DNA from: a virus
Taxonomy: Duplodnaviria; Caudoviricetes
Length of the DNA: 64,000 nt
Virus record (IMG/VR): IMGVR_UViG_3300049988_000286
Coordinates: 192,001-256,000 of that record
Direction: 5' to 3' (one strand)
Every line of letters starts with the position of its first letter. Positions within the stretch are counted from its first letter, which is position 1. A model generated the notes under the pieces. That model was not told where the DNA came from. It saw nothing but the letters and a program-made list of their open reading frames with translations, and searched no databases. The position numbers and the translations under genes were made by a program. This document shows, piece after piece, positions 18,665 through 28,560 of the stretch.

Positions 18665-20458
18665 GTGGCTACGTGGAAGAAGTATTTTCGAGCAGTAAAC
18701 AACCCGCTGGATGCTGCGTACGAGCGACAGCAACAGGGGACGCCGGGCGATGGTCGCTCAACTGCGTCGAAGTTTCAATCGATCCTACCCGAAATCTACG
18801 CCGGGCATCCTAATCGCATTCAGCGTTACTATCAATATGAGGATATGGCACGCGACTCCGACATCTCGGCGGCGCTTGATACGATTGCCAACTTCTGCAC
18901 CCAGTCGGAGGAACAGAGCGACTCGCCCTTTGAAGTAAATTATTTCCAGAAGGCGACCGACCAAGAGATCAAGATCATTGAGGAGACTCTTACCCAGTGG
19001 GTGAAAGCCAATAAGTTCAAGGCAAAGCTGCGCAAGATTTTCCGTAACTGTGCACAGAACGGCGATGCTTTCTTCATCCGTGATCCCGAGGACCATACTT
19101 GGTTCTGGATCGACCATTACGCGGTCGAGTTGGTCAAGATGACGGTCGATGGTAAGCGCGAGCCGGAAGAGTACTTGATCAAAAACTTCGATCCGAACAC
19201 TACCGAGCGTTGGGGCACGTTCGTTGATGATATCTCCCGCTACCGCAACCCCGGAATGTCCCCAAGCGCATCGGGTCGCCCGATGGCATCGCAGTCGGGT
19301 TCACAGTTCCAGATGGCGGGCGCGGATCGCGATCAGCGCGCGCAGCGAGGGCAGCCGGGTCAAGCGGGGCTCAACACCTATGTGGCCGTCAAAGCCGAGA
19401 ATGTCGTCCACCTTGCCTTGAGCGAGGACATGGATATCAATGCTCCTTTCGGTCAGTCCGTCCTTGATCCGATCTTTAAGACCTTCAAGCAGAAGGAATT
19501 GCTTGAAGACTCGATCATCATTTACCGCGTCCAGCGCGCGCCCGAGCGTCGTGTCTTTTACATCGATGTCGGTGCAATGAACGGCGTTCGTGCGCAGTCC
19601 TATATCGAGGGTATCAAGAACGAAATCCATCAGCGTCGTATTCCGAACCGGACGGGCGGTGGATCGGCCATTATGGATACCGCTTACAACCCCTTGTCGA
19701 TGCTCGACGATTATTTCTTCGCCCAGTCGTCGGAAGGTCGTGGCTCAAAGGTTGAAGTCCTCCCGTCCGGCGACGCCTTGGGCGAGATCACCGACCTCTC
19801 TTACTTCACCAAGAAGATGGCGCGCGGCCTTCAAATCCCCACCACCTACCTCTCGCTCGGTGATGATGAGCAGCAAGCCAGTTACAATGACGGTAAGCTT
19901 GGCTCCGCCCTAATTCAGGAATTCAAGTTTAGCAAATACTGTATGCATCTCCAGAGTTTGCTCGCGCCGGAATTTGACAAGTTCTTTAAGGAGTATCTGG
20001 AAGCCAAAGGCGCGATTATCAGCCCTGACTTGTTTGAATTGCAGTTCAAGCCGCCGCAGAATTTCACGAAGTATCGACAGATCGAACTCGATCTACAGCA
20101 GACGCAGGTTTACTCATCCGTCGCCGGTAATACTCACCTGTCGGAGCGCTTCAAGCTTCGCCGCTTCCTCAACCTCACCCCGGAGGAGATGTTGGAGAAC
20201 GAGACCGATTGGGCGGAGGAGAATCCGGAGAAGATGAAGGCAGCGACTGGCTCGACTGCCGCTGAATCAACCCCGGATGGCGATCTTGGATCGATCGGAA
20301 TGCGGCCCGACGACGGTGGCGATCTCGATCTCGACCTCCCTGATGAGGGAGGGGACATGGACTTGGGCGGAGATGATCTCGGTGGCGGTGGCGGCGACGC
20401 CCCCGCGCCCGGCGGTGATGCTCCCGCAGCACCGGCACCACCAGCAGCAGGAGCATAA
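18665..20458 (+). CDS. portal protein (T4 gp20-like)
   Basis: LEDSIIIYRVQRAPERRVFYIDVG, DDYFF...EGRGSKVEVLP and YF.KK..RGL.IP..YL motifs; acidic C-terminal tail. Confidence 0.93.
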   Translation: MATWKKYFRAVNNPLDAAYERQQQGTPGDGRSTASKFQSILPEIYAGHPNRIQRYYQYEDMARDSDISAALDTIANFCTQSEEQSDSPFEVNYFQKATDQEIKIIEETLTQWVKANKFKAKLRKIFRNCAQNGDAFFIRDPEDHTWFWIDHYAVELVKMTVDGKREPEEYLIKNFDPNTTERWGTFVDDISRYRNPGMSPSASGRPMASQSGSQFQMAGADRDQRAQRGQPGQAGLNTYVAVKAENVVHLALSEDMDINAPFGQSVLDPIFKTFKQKELLEDSIIIYRVQRAPERRVFYIDVGAMNGVRAQSYIEGIKNEIHQRRIPNRTGGGSAIMDTAYNPLSMLDDYFFAQSSEGRGSKVEVLPSGDALGEITDLSYFTKKMARGLQIPTTYLSLGDDEQQASYNDGKLGSALIQEFKFSKYCMHLQSLLAPEFDKFFKEYLEAKGAIISPDLFELQFKPPQNFTKYRQIELDLQQTQVYSSVAGNTHLSERFKLRRFLNLTPEEMLENETDWAEENPEKMKAATGSTAAESTPDGDLGSIGMRPDDGGDLDLDLPDEGGDMDLGGDDLGGGGGDAPAPGGDAPAAPAPPAAGA

Positions 20459-20460
20459 AG

Positions 20461-20700
20461 ATGACCTTGAACGAATTCGTCAAGCCCGAAGACGCAACCA
20501 ACTACGACCCCAACGCCGACACAATCGGCCAGCGGCATCGCGACGACACTCGCAAAGAGCCTCTCACGCTTCGACTGCTCAACCATCTCAAGAAGATGCG
20601 CGCACTCAAGAAGCTTGAGGCCATGAAGAAGCAAGATGTCCTGACTGCAATGTACGGCCAGAGCGAAGGCGGCGATGCTGGCGGCGGGGGTATGTTCTAA
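20461..20700 (+). CDS. small head morphogenesis/prohead core protein
   Basis: 79 aa directly after portal; DTRKEPLTLRLLNHLKKMR...MYG. Confidence 0.6.
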   Translation: MTLNEFVKPEDATNYDPNADTIGQRHRDDTRKEPLTLRLLNHLKKMRALKKLEAMKKQDVLTAMYGQSEGGDAGGGGMF

Positions 20701-20748
20701 TAAAAGCCGGTTTTTCACGCTTAACCTAAGCGTGAGAATCGGTGCGCC

Positions 20749-20754
20749 TAAATA
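20749..20754 (+). promoter_or_regulatory. late promoter TAAATA
   Basis: Upstream of the acidic core gene, which has a GAGGAG SD. Confidence 0.65.
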
Positions 20755-20805
20755 AAAACGACACATGAGCAGTGTTGAGCAAAACCATATAGAGGAGTTA
20801 TTATA

Positions 20806-21753
20806 ATGAAGTCTATTCTTGAAAAGGCTTTGGTCCACCTCCTGAACGAGGACGTTGAGAAGGCACAGGAACTGATGCACCAGTTCGTCGTCGAACAGGC
20901 GCGCGCGATTCACGAGAGCCTCCGCGAGGGCGACGAGTGCGACATGGACGCCATGGACGATACCCTTGAGGAGAACGAGTTCTTCACCGAGGCTGATCTT
21001 GAGGACACCGAGGCTGCCGAGCAGCTTGAGGACGACCTCGACGACAACGACGGTGGCGACATCGCCGGTGGTGACGACTTCGGTGGCGAGGAAGTCGCTG
21101 CTGATGATCTCGACGCAGCCGAGGTAGAGGGTGGCGACGACATGGGTGCCGAGATGGGCGACGACATGGGCGGCGAGGGTGACATGGCCGAGAAGCTGGA
21201 CACCATCGAGGACGAGATCGCTTCGCTTCAGGCCGAGTTCGAGAAGATCATGGCCGAGTTCGACGGTGGCGACGAGATGGACGCCACTGATGAGGCTGGT
21301 GATGACTTCGGCGACGACGTTGAGGTTGCGGATGCTGACGCGGTTGACGCCCCCGAGTTCGGCGGCGAGACCGAGGAAGAGGACGAACAGGACTTCGATC
21401 GCGTCACCGAGTCGATGGTCGATGATCTGAAGAAGGTCTCGGTCCCGAACGAGGACGGTCGCGGTGCTACCGGCCAGAAGCTGTCCACCCCGACGACTTC
21501 GCCGATCGCCAAGGACGCGAAGCCGACCGTTCTTCGCTCGAAGAACACCGTTGGTCACACGGGTTGGGAGCGCGAGACTGCACCGTCGAAGAAGGATGGT
21601 CCGGATCGTGGTCGCAAGTACGACAACAACCGTTCGAAGGCCACTGACGGCAACGAGAAGATGCCCGCCACTGGTCCCAAGAAGGCGGAGATCAACAAGC
21701 CCGTCGCTGGCAACAACAAGTCGGTGATTCCGGGTAAGAAGAGCGGCAAGTAA
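20806..21753 (+). CDS. acidic prohead core/scaffold-like protein
   Basis: 315 aa, very D/E-rich middle and basic C-terminus; sits between portal and protease as T4 gp67/68 do. Confidence 0.65.
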   Translation: MKSILEKALVHLLNEDVEKAQELMHQFVVEQARAIHESLREGDECDMDAMDDTLEENEFFTEADLEDTEAAEQLEDDLDDNDGGDIAGGDDFGGEEVAADDLDAAEVEGGDDMGAEMGDDMGGEGDMAEKLDTIEDEIASLQAEFEKIMAEFDGGDEMDATDEAGDDFGDDVEVADADAVDAPEFGGETEEEDEQDFDRVTESMVDDLKKVSVPNEDGRGATGQKLSTPTTSPIAKDAKPTVLRSKNTVGHTGWERETAPSKKDGPDRGRKYDNNRSKATDGNEKMPATGPKKAEINKPVAGNNKSVIPGKKSGK

Positions 21754-21780
21754 TCTAGCCTCTCTTTAGAGAAAACGAAG

Positions 21781-21809
21781 CCCGCAGGGAGCAATTCCTG
21801 CGGGTTTTT
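21781..21809 (+). terminator. intrinsic terminator
   Basis: CCCGCAGGGA-GCAA-TTCCTGCGGG-TTTTT. Confidence 0.85.
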
Positions 21810-21841
21810 CGTGTTCGAGACACAAGAAAGCCAGAATTAGG

Positions 21842-21847
21842 TAAATA
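21842..21847 (+). promoter_or_regulatory. late promoter TAAATA
   Basis: Upstream of the protease gene. Confidence 0.65.
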
Positions 21848-21873
21848 GCAGGAACTTATATCGAGGTTTACTC

Positions 21874-22494
21874 ATGTCGCATATCCCACTTACCGAAGAC
21901 CTTACCTTTAGTCAGTCGATGCTAACCCCGCTGACCGAGGGCGAGGGTTCCAAGAAGGACTGGTACCTCAAGGGTATTTTCGTGCAGGGCGATGTTCGTA
22001 ACCTCAACCGTCGCGTGTATCCCACCAACGAGATCAAGAAGGCGGTCGCGCTCGTGAAGGAGAAGGCCAAGGACTTCACCGTCTGGGGCGAATTGGATCA
22101 CCCCGCAGAGTTGCAGATCAATCTGGATCGCGTCTCCCACCTCATCGAAGACATGTGGATGGAAGGCAATAACGGCATGGGCAAGTTGAAGATTGTCAAC
22201 ACGCCGATGGGTAACATCGCCAAGGCCATGCTTGAAGCCGGTGGCAAGATGGGTGTGTCTTCGCGCGGCTCCGGCAACGTCGATTACGACGGCGTTGTTT
22301 CCGAGTTTGAGATCGTCACCGTTGATCTGGTTGCTACTCCGAGCGCACCCGATGCCAAGCCGATCGCCATCTACGAGGCGTTCACTGGTCCGCGCGGCTA
22401 CATCCGCGAAGATTTGGCCCGTGCGGTCATGAATGATCCAAAGGCACAGAAGTATCTCCATAGTGAGATGCTGTCGTGGATGGATCGCCTGTAA
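21874..22494 (+). CDS. prohead protease (T4 gp21-like)
   Basis: GIFVQGDVRNLNRRVYP, GELDHP, GVSSRGSG and DLVATPSAPDA. Confidence 0.95.
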   Translation: MSHIPLTEDLTFSQSMLTPLTEGEGSKKDWYLKGIFVQGDVRNLNRRVYPTNEIKKAVALVKEKAKDFTVWGELDHPAELQINLDRVSHLIEDMWMEGNNGMGKLKIVNTPMGNIAKAMLEAGGKMGVSSRGSGNVDYDGVVSEFEIVTVDLVATPSAPDAKPIAIYEAFTGPRGYIREDLARAVMNDPKAQKYLHSEMLSWMDRL

Positions 22495-22543
22495 GCTTTT
22501 TCCACAAATTGGAGTCTAAAGGGGGCTTTGTGCCCCCACCGTC

Positions 22544-22549
22544 TAAATA
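22544..22549 (+). promoter_or_regulatory. late promoter TAAATA
   Basis: Upstream of the scaffold gene. Confidence 0.65.
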
Positions 22550-22595
22550 ATCGAAGAACAATTGTTCGAAGATTTTTAACAGATGGGAGACCATA

Positions 22596-23840
22596 ATGCC
22601 CAAAACGATTGAAGAAATCCTGAACGAGACGCTCGCCCCCGAGATGAAAGCGTCTCTGAAGGAAGCTTTCGACGCAAAGGTCGATGCCATGCGTGTAGAG
22701 ATCGAGGAAAGCGTCCGCGCTGACATCTCGAACCGCTACGAGCATGACAAGAGCCAGCTTGTCGAAGCGATGGATAAGATGCTCACGGACGTGATCCGCG
22801 TGCATGAGGAGGCCAAGGCTTCCGAGATCGCGCAGCTTGCCGAAGCCCGCACCAAGTACAAGACCGCCATCACCGAGAGCAAGACCGCCATCAAGGGCCG
22901 GGTTGCTGCGATGTCGTCCGCTGCCATGAAGATGATCAGCGAGTCGGTTGCCGCAGAGGTCAAGTCGCTGCGTGATCAGAAGGTGTCGATTGCTAACGAG
23001 GCCGCTGCTCTCTCCGAGAGCGTTGAGGCGGTAAAGTCGAAGCTGGTCGAGAACCACGAGGCTCACCTCATCAAGATCAACGAATTCGTGACCCGTCAGG
23101 TAGCGAAGGAAGTTGGCGAATTCGCACAGGACAAGCGTGCACTCGTCGAGACCCGCGTCAAGCTGATCTCGGAGAACAAGCAGAAGCTGGCCGAAGCACA
23201 GAAGAAGTTCATCAAGGAAGCGGCTGCCAAGGTCGAAGCTACTGTGACTGACACGCTGTCGCGTGAAATGACGCAGCTTCACGAGGACATCGAGCGTAAC
23301 CGTGACAATCAGTTCGGTCGCGACATCTTCGAAGCCTTCGCTGCTACCTACATGTCATCGCACCTTGCCGAGGGTTCGGAGGTCCGCAAGCTTCAGAAGA
23401 TGCTTGAGAGCCGCGACGCCACGATCGCTGCCAAGGAAGGCGAGTTTGCCACGATGAAGACGAAGCTGGACGAGGCAAAGACTGCCGCCGCCACTGCCGA
23501 GCGTCGCATCGTTGTCGAGGGCGAGCGTGCTGCTCGTTCGAAGATCATCAGTGATCTGGTTGCCAATCTTCGTGGCGACAAGCGCGCTGTGATGGAGAGT
23601 ATGCTTGAGACGACCAAGACGGTCAACCTCAAGAATGCTTTCGATAAGCTTCTCCCGGTCGTTCTCGCAGAGTCGCCCCGGAAGGCTGTTCCCGCAGGTA
23701 AGAAAGTCTTGAGCGAGACCAAGGTTGCTCCCGCTGCTGTCACCACCGGTGACCGTCGCGTTCGCACCGAAGCAATCGTTGAGGATGACAGCGCAGTATC
23801 CGAGATCGCCCGTTTGGCGGGAACTCTCCGGAAACTGTAA
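22596..23840 (+). CDS. prohead scaffold protein (T4 gp22-like)
   Basis: 414-aa coiled coil between protease and capsid genes; ends IARLAG. Confidence 0.8.
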   Translation: MPKTIEEILNETLAPEMKASLKEAFDAKVDAMRVEIEESVRADISNRYEHDKSQLVEAMDKMLTDVIRVHEEAKASEIAQLAEARTKYKTAITESKTAIKGRVAAMSSAAMKMISESVAAEVKSLRDQKVSIANEAAALSESVEAVKSKLVENHEAHLIKINEFVTRQVAKEVGEFAQDKRALVETRVKLISENKQKLAEAQKKFIKEAAAKVEATVTDTLSREMTQLHEDIERNRDNQFGRDIFEAFAATYMSSHLAEGSEVRKLQKMLESRDATIAAKEGEFATMKTKLDEAKTAAATAERRIVVEGERAARSKIISDLVANLRGDKRAVMESMLETTKTVNLKNAFDKLLPVVLAESPRKAVPAGKKVLSETKVAPAAVTTGDRRVRTEAIVEDDSAVSEIARLAGTLRKL

Positions 23841-23877
23841 AAAACGCCCTTATTGCGTAGTATTTGACTCAACACAA

Positions 23878-23883
23878 TAAATA
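23878..23883 (+). promoter_or_regulatory. late promoter TAAATA
   Basis: Upstream of the capsid gene, which has an AAGGAG SD. Confidence 0.7.
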
Positions 23884-23910
23884 TTTCAGAGACAAAAGGA
23901 GTTATTACCA

Positions 23911-25107
23911 ATGAATCTTTTCGAAAGCAAGTGGGATGGCCTCAAGGAGAAGCTCCTCGAAGGTTCCGACCTCACGCACAACATGGACGGTTCGCTGAAC
24001 AACAACAAGAAGAAGACCATGAATCTTCTCCTTGAGAACACCCGCCGTAGCCTCATGGAGGCTGCTTCTTCGGGTGCCACTTCGGCAGCGCAGATCGCCC
24101 AGCTTAACAAGGTCATTCTGCCGGTCATGCGCCGCGTTATGCCCACCGTCATCGCGAACGAGATCGTCGGTGTTCAGCCGATGGCCGGTCCGATCAGCCA
24201 GATTCACACGATGCGCATCTCCTACGCGGAGTCGGTCACGGGTGGCGTTACGGCTGGTGACGAGATGTTCTCGCCCTACAACATCGCGAAGTATTACTCC
24301 GGTGATACCTCGGCTCCGACCACGCCGCAGGGCGCTCTGACTGGCACGCTGGAGGGAACTCCGGGCCGTGGCGTCAAGATCAGCACGCTGCGTCAGACGG
24401 TTGAGGCTCGCTCGCGCAAGCTGTCGGCTCGCTGGACCTTCGAGTCGGCGCAGGACGCACAGTCGCAGCAGGGCATCGACGTTGAGCAGGAAGTCATGGC
24501 TGCCGTCGCGCAGGAGATCACTGCCGAGATCGATCAGGAAATCCTGTATCACCTCCGTCAGCTTGCTGGCACCTCGCAGACCTTCTCACAGGCTGCTGTC
24601 ACCGGCACCCCGACCTTCATCGGCGATGTGCACGCTGCTCTGGCGATCCAGATCAACCGCGCTGCGAACATCATTGCTACCCGCACCCGTCGTGGCGCTG
24701 GTAACTGGTGCGTCGTTTCGCCGACCGCTCTGACGCTCCTCCAGTCGGCGACGACTTCGGGCTTCGCGCGTTCGACCGATGGTGTCTTCGACGCTCCGAC
24801 CAACACCAAGTTCGTCGGCACGCTGAACAACACCCTCCGCGTTTATGTCGATGGCTACGGTCAGGACGAGACGCCGGTTCTGATCGGCTACAAGGGTAAC
24901 GAGACGGACGCTGCGGCGTTCTACTGCCCCTATGTTCCGCTGACCTCTTCGGGCGTGGTCCTCGACCCGCAGACGATGGAGCCGGTGGTGTCGTTCATGA
25001 CCCGCTACGGTTACACCGAGTTGTCCTCGAACTCGACTTCGCTCGGCAACGCAGCGGACTATGTTTCGAAGATCAACATCGACACGACTTCGCTGACTTG
25101 GATGTAA
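23911..25107 (+). CDS. major capsid protein (T4 gp23-like)
   Basis: ANEIVGVQPMAGP, VEARSRKLSARWTFESAQD, EIDQEI, AFYCPYVPL and FMTRYG. Confidence 0.96.
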   Translation: MNLFESKWDGLKEKLLEGSDLTHNMDGSLNNNKKKTMNLLLENTRRSLMEAASSGATSAAQIAQLNKVILPVMRRVMPTVIANEIVGVQPMAGPISQIHTMRISYAESVTGGVTAGDEMFSPYNIAKYYSGDTSAPTTPQGALTGTLEGTPGRGVKISTLRQTVEARSRKLSARWTFESAQDAQSQQGIDVEQEVMAAVAQEITAEIDQEILYHLRQLAGTSQTFSQAAVTGTPTFIGDVHAALAIQINRAANIIATRTRRGAGNWCVVSPTALTLLQSATTSGFARSTDGVFDAPTNTKFVGTLNNTLRVYVDGYGQDETPVLIGYKGNETDAAAFYCPYVPLTSSGVVLDPQTMEPVVSFMTRYGYTELSSNSTSLGNAADYVSKINIDTTSLTWM

Positions 25108-25133
25108 TCTTCGGATTACCCCGAATCAAAGAG

Positions 25134-25162
25134 AGGGTGGCAGGAAACTGCCACCCTTTTTT
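25134..25162 (+). terminator. intrinsic terminator after the capsid gene
   Basis: AGGGTGGCAG-GAAA-CTGCCACCCT-TTTTT; preceded by a cUUCGg hairpin at 25104-25119. Confidence 0.9.
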
Positions 25163-25197
25163 GTTGCCTTGCTTCCACGGAAGGGCTACATAACACT

Positions 25198-26697
25198 ATG
25201 ACCCTCCGTGAACACCTCGATCTCATCATCGCTGAACACGGACTGAAACAATGGTCGAGGGTCGCACAGAAGGATGAAGCCTTCATGGCGCTTATCCCCG
25301 TCGTAGAAGGATTGTCCTTCCCCGAACGTGTCTTGGTTGCGTTGGGCGAACCCGCTTGGTGCGAGAGGGGCCAGAGGCGCAAATTCGGTTCGATCGTCAC
25401 GGGTTGGCGGTTCTGCGGCAAAACCGGCGTGTGCCCCTGCGCGGCCGAGACGGTCTCCCGGAAGTGCAAAACCAATATCGACCACGAGGCTCGATTAGCC
25501 AAAACGTCGGCGACGCTCAAGGCGCGCTACGGCTCCACCAATCCCGGCCAAGCCCCCGCTGCCAAGGCGGCGCACCGTGCCCTCTACGAAGATGAAGAGC
25601 GGGTAGCGGCAGCGGTTGCCAAAGGAAGGGCAACGATGCTTGAACGGCACGGCGTTGACAATGCGTTCAAACTCCCGATCGATCGGAAGGCTATTGCGCG
25701 CCGCGAATGGTCGATTGAGACGGGTGCCCTCCTCGATGATCCCGCTCTATTCGCCGACTATATGGCGAGCCGTTCTTCCATGGGCGCGGCCGATGACCTC
25801 GGGATCAATCCCACGACGATCAACAACTATGTTCGTCGCCATGGCCTCGATCTTCGAGGATCATCTTATGAACGCGAAATCGCGTCGTTTCTCGCCGATA
25901 ACGGATTGAATTTCAAGCCGCGTGATCGAACTGTGATCAGACCGCTGGAACTTGACTTCTTGTTAACCCAGCACGATCTGGCGATTGAGTTTAATGGCCT
26001 TTACTACCATTCTGAACTCGTTCTCGACAATGATGCTCATCAGCGCAAGTGGCAGATGTGTCACGATGCTGGTATTCGCCTGTTGATGATCAACGAGGAC
26101 GAATGGAACGAGCGCAAGGAAGTGCTCAAGAGGAAAATCCTGATTCTGTGTGGCCTTGGTGAGCGCGGCGTAGGTGGCCGTCAGCTATCTGTTCGAGATA
26201 TCGGGGCTCCTGTCGCAAGAGCATTCTGTGAGCAGCACCATATCCAAGGTGCGCCCGGTCCAGTCACGCTCGCATTGGGCGCTTTTGAAGGCGATGATCT
26301 TCGAGGTGTCGTCACGATGGGTAGCCAACGCGGCACGGGCGCAACAGAACTCACTCGTTTCTGCACTGACGGAAGGTTGTACGCGGGCATGTTTGGCAAG
26401 CTTCTGAAAGCCGCACAACATCGCTTTGACGAAATCGTGACTTTCGCCGATCTCCGCTACAGCGACGGCGGTGTTTACGACAAGACCGGATTCATCAACT
26501 GTGGCACAATTCGGCCCGACTATCGCTATGTGATACGCAACAAGAGCTTCCATAAGAGTCTCTTCACCAAAAAGCGGATTGCCGAGCGCTTCAACATTGA
26601 CATGACCGGACTTACCGAGCGTGATGCTATGCGCAGTCTCGGGATACCCCGCATCTACGATTGCGGAAAAATCAAGTATCGCTGGCTCAAAGATTGA
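25198..26697 (+). CDS. free-standing Hef-like homing endonuclease (DUF559/Vsr-type domain plus C-terminal domain)
   Basis: EREIASFL...LELDFLL...LAIEFNGLYYHS, IRLLMINEDEW, HHIQG, ELTRFC, FADLRYSDG.VY..TGF and RIYDCGKIKY. Confidence 0.75.
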   Translation: MTLREHLDLIIAEHGLKQWSRVAQKDEAFMALIPVVEGLSFPERVLVALGEPAWCERGQRRKFGSIVTGWRFCGKTGVCPCAAETVSRKCKTNIDHEARLAKTSATLKARYGSTNPGQAPAAKAAHRALYEDEERVAAAVAKGRATMLERHGVDNAFKLPIDRKAIARREWSIETGALLDDPALFADYMASRSSMGAADDLGINPTTINNYVRRHGLDLRGSSYEREIASFLADNGLNFKPRDRTVIRPLELDFLLTQHDLAIEFNGLYYHSELVLDNDAHQRKWQMCHDAGIRLLMINEDEWNERKEVLKRKILILCGLGERGVGGRQLSVRDIGAPVARAFCEQHHIQGAPGPVTLALGAFEGDDLRGVVTMGSQRGTGATELTRFCTDGRLYAGMFGKLLKAAQHRFDEIVTFADLRYSDGGVYDKTGFINCGTIRPDYRYVIRNKSFHKSLFTKKRIAERFNIDMTGLTERDAMRSLGIPRIYDCGKIKYRWLKD

Positions 26698-26760
26698 TAT
26701 TGCCATCCTCGACTGCGGTCTGTAGAACGACGGAAACAAATCGTATAAGTGAGAAAGCGT

Positions 26761-27045
26761 ATGTCGAAGTCAGCCAACGAAATCGTTCAGGAAGCCCTTT
26801 TCTCGTCGCTGATCGAGGCAGTCACTGCGCTCAAGGCCGGTGGTACACCGAACACGATCCTGCGAGACCTGTCGGCCATTCACGCCAACACTTCGATGGA
26901 CTCGCTGCCCGATGGTGTGCAGAAGGCTCTTCAGGCGGGTGTCCGCGACACGATGGCGCGTCTTCAGAAGGAAGGTTACGTCATCGCTCCGAAAGTGCTA
27001 CCCGCGAAGCGCGAAACCTTCGCGCCGCGACATCCACGACGCTGA
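26761..27045 (+). CDS. hypothetical protein
   Basis: 94-aa helical ORF with phage-like codon usage, followed by a terminator. Confidence 0.65.
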   Translation: MSKSANEIVQEALFSSLIEAVTALKAGGTPNTILRDLSAIHANTSMDSLPDGVQKALQAGVRDTMARLQKEGYVIAPKVLPAKRETFAPRHPRR

Positions 27046-27048
27046 ATT

Positions 27049-27081
27049 AAAAAAGGGGAGGTCTTGCGACCTCCCCTTCTT
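27049..27081. terminator. bidirectional terminator
   Basis: AAGGGGAGGTC-TTGC-GACCTCCCCTT with an A-run on the left and TTCTT on the right, between convergent genes. Confidence 0.85.
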
Positions 27082-27105
27082 CGTTAAAGGGATGAGCAGT
27101 CCCCT

Positions 27106-27888
27106 TTATTCTTCACCATAGAGAGTTAGAATTTCTTCGATAACGGGATGGCGCTCTACGTCTTCGCGATCGAAGCGGACCAGCTTGATGCGATTAGAGC
27201 GGTGGAGTGCCAGACGGTTCATGAAGTCCTTGAGCCCGTTGTCGCTGAAACCGCGATCGTGCTGCTGGATATCACCAGTGACGAACATGCGGCTTTCATC
27301 ACCGAGGCGGGTCAGGACCATCTTCATCTGATTGGGCGTGGCGTTCTGCGACTCGTCGAACAGGATGATCGAGCGCTTGAGCGTGCGACCGCGCATATAG
27401 GCGAGCGGAGCGATCTCAACGACTTCATCCATGAGCATCTTCTCCAACGCCTGAACGGAATAGAATTCCTTGAACACGTCGGTGATGGGGATGACCCACG
27501 GAGCCATCTTGTCGAGGAGCGTGCCGGGCAGGAAGCCGTGCTGCTCGTCCACTGATACGGCGGGGCGGGTGATGATGATCTTGTCGATGTTGCCTTCCTG
27601 TAGCTGCTTGATCGCATACAGGGTGCAGAGCAGCGTCTTACCAGTTCCGGCAGGGCCAGTGGCGAACACTACAGAGTTGTGCTGGTCTTCCAGCAACTCG
27701 ATGTACTCTTCCTGACGCAGATTGCGCGGAAGCAATTCGACTTTCTTTTTTACGCGGGGTTCGGGATTAGCGTTGAAGGGAACAACATTATCACGGTATG
27801 AGCGCGAACTCGATTTCGGATTACGATCTTCGCGGGGGTTCGGACGACTGGCACGCTTCGCATTGCTGCGAGAATTTTGTTTAGCCAC
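27106..27888 (-). CDS. phoH: PhoH-like ATPase
   Basis: GPAGTGKT, IIITRPAV, GFLPG, LAYMRGRT, DESQN and GDIQQHD; minus-strand TAAATA at 27933-27938. Confidence 0.95.
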   Translation of the reverse strand: MAKQNSRSNAKRASRPNPREDRNPKSSSRSYRDNVVPFNANPEPRVKKKVELLPRNLRQEEYIELLEDQHNSVVFATGPAGTGKTLLCTLYAIKQLQEGNIDKIIITRPAVSVDEQHGFLPGTLLDKMAPWVIPITDVFKEFYSVQALEKMLMDEVVEIAPLAYMRGRTLKRSIILFDESQNATPNQMKMVLTRLGDESRMFVTGDIQQHDRGFSDNGLKDFMNRLALHRSNRIKLVRFDREDVERHPVIEEILTLYGEE

Positions 27889-28020
27889 TGCATACTCCGT
27901 ATTTGGTTAGAGGTTTGGTGAGCGCTCACCTCTATTTACTTCCAAATTCCGGATCATGCCGAATAGCAGCCAGTCGTCCCTTCGATCTAAATAACGCCCG
28001 ATGACGGTTTTTAGCCGTTT

Positions 28021-28560
28021 TTACCTTGGCGCAGTCCAGTGATGATTGCATCGAGGCTCGTAAGTGTCGCTACCCCCGAGTTCAACCACTTCACCGCTAC
28101 GCGATTTCTTGTAGGTCTTGCTCGCCGGGGCGGCACAAACGCTGCACGTTGCTTTCAACTTGATGACTTCATCGGCCATCCCCGTGAGCGCCGCAGAGAT
28201 CGGGAAGGGATCACCATGCCAATCGGTGTCGAGGCCGCAGACAAGCACTTCCTTCCCGGCCTTGAGGAACACCTTGATGGCGCGCACGATGTCGCCGCCG
28301 TAATGGGGCTGGGCGAAGAACTGAACTTCATCGATGCAGATGAGACCAGCCGCATCGGCGGAGAGCATATCGTCGGGGAGCGCCACGGGAGAGGCATTGA
28401 CGCGATCCCCAGTATGGGTGACGCATTCCTCCTCTGCGTAACGGATGTCCATGGCGGGCTTGAACACGATCGAGTCATCTCGCGCCCGCACTGTCTTGAC
28501 AAGGTGACTGGTCTTCCCGCTGTACATGGGACCGGTGACCATGGTTAGGCGTCCGTACAT
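28021..28560 (-). CDS. tdk: thymidine kinase
   Basis: GPMYSGKT, IDEVQFF, GLDTDW, CSVC and YEPRC. Confidence 0.93.
   Translation of the reverse strand: MYGRLTMVTGPMYSGKTSHLVKTVRARDDSIVFKPAMDIRYAEEECVTHTGDRVNASPVALPDDMLSADAAGLICIDEVQFFAQPHYGGDIVRAIKVFLKAGKEVLVCGLDTDWHGDPFPISAALTGMADEVIKLKATCSVCAAPASKTYKKSRSGEVVELGGSDTYEPRCNHHWTAPR

Noticed and set aside
27988-28042. Plus-strand TAAATA with a 13-codon ORF and a weak hairpin, antisense to tdk
   Set aside because: Too short and weak to separate from chance.
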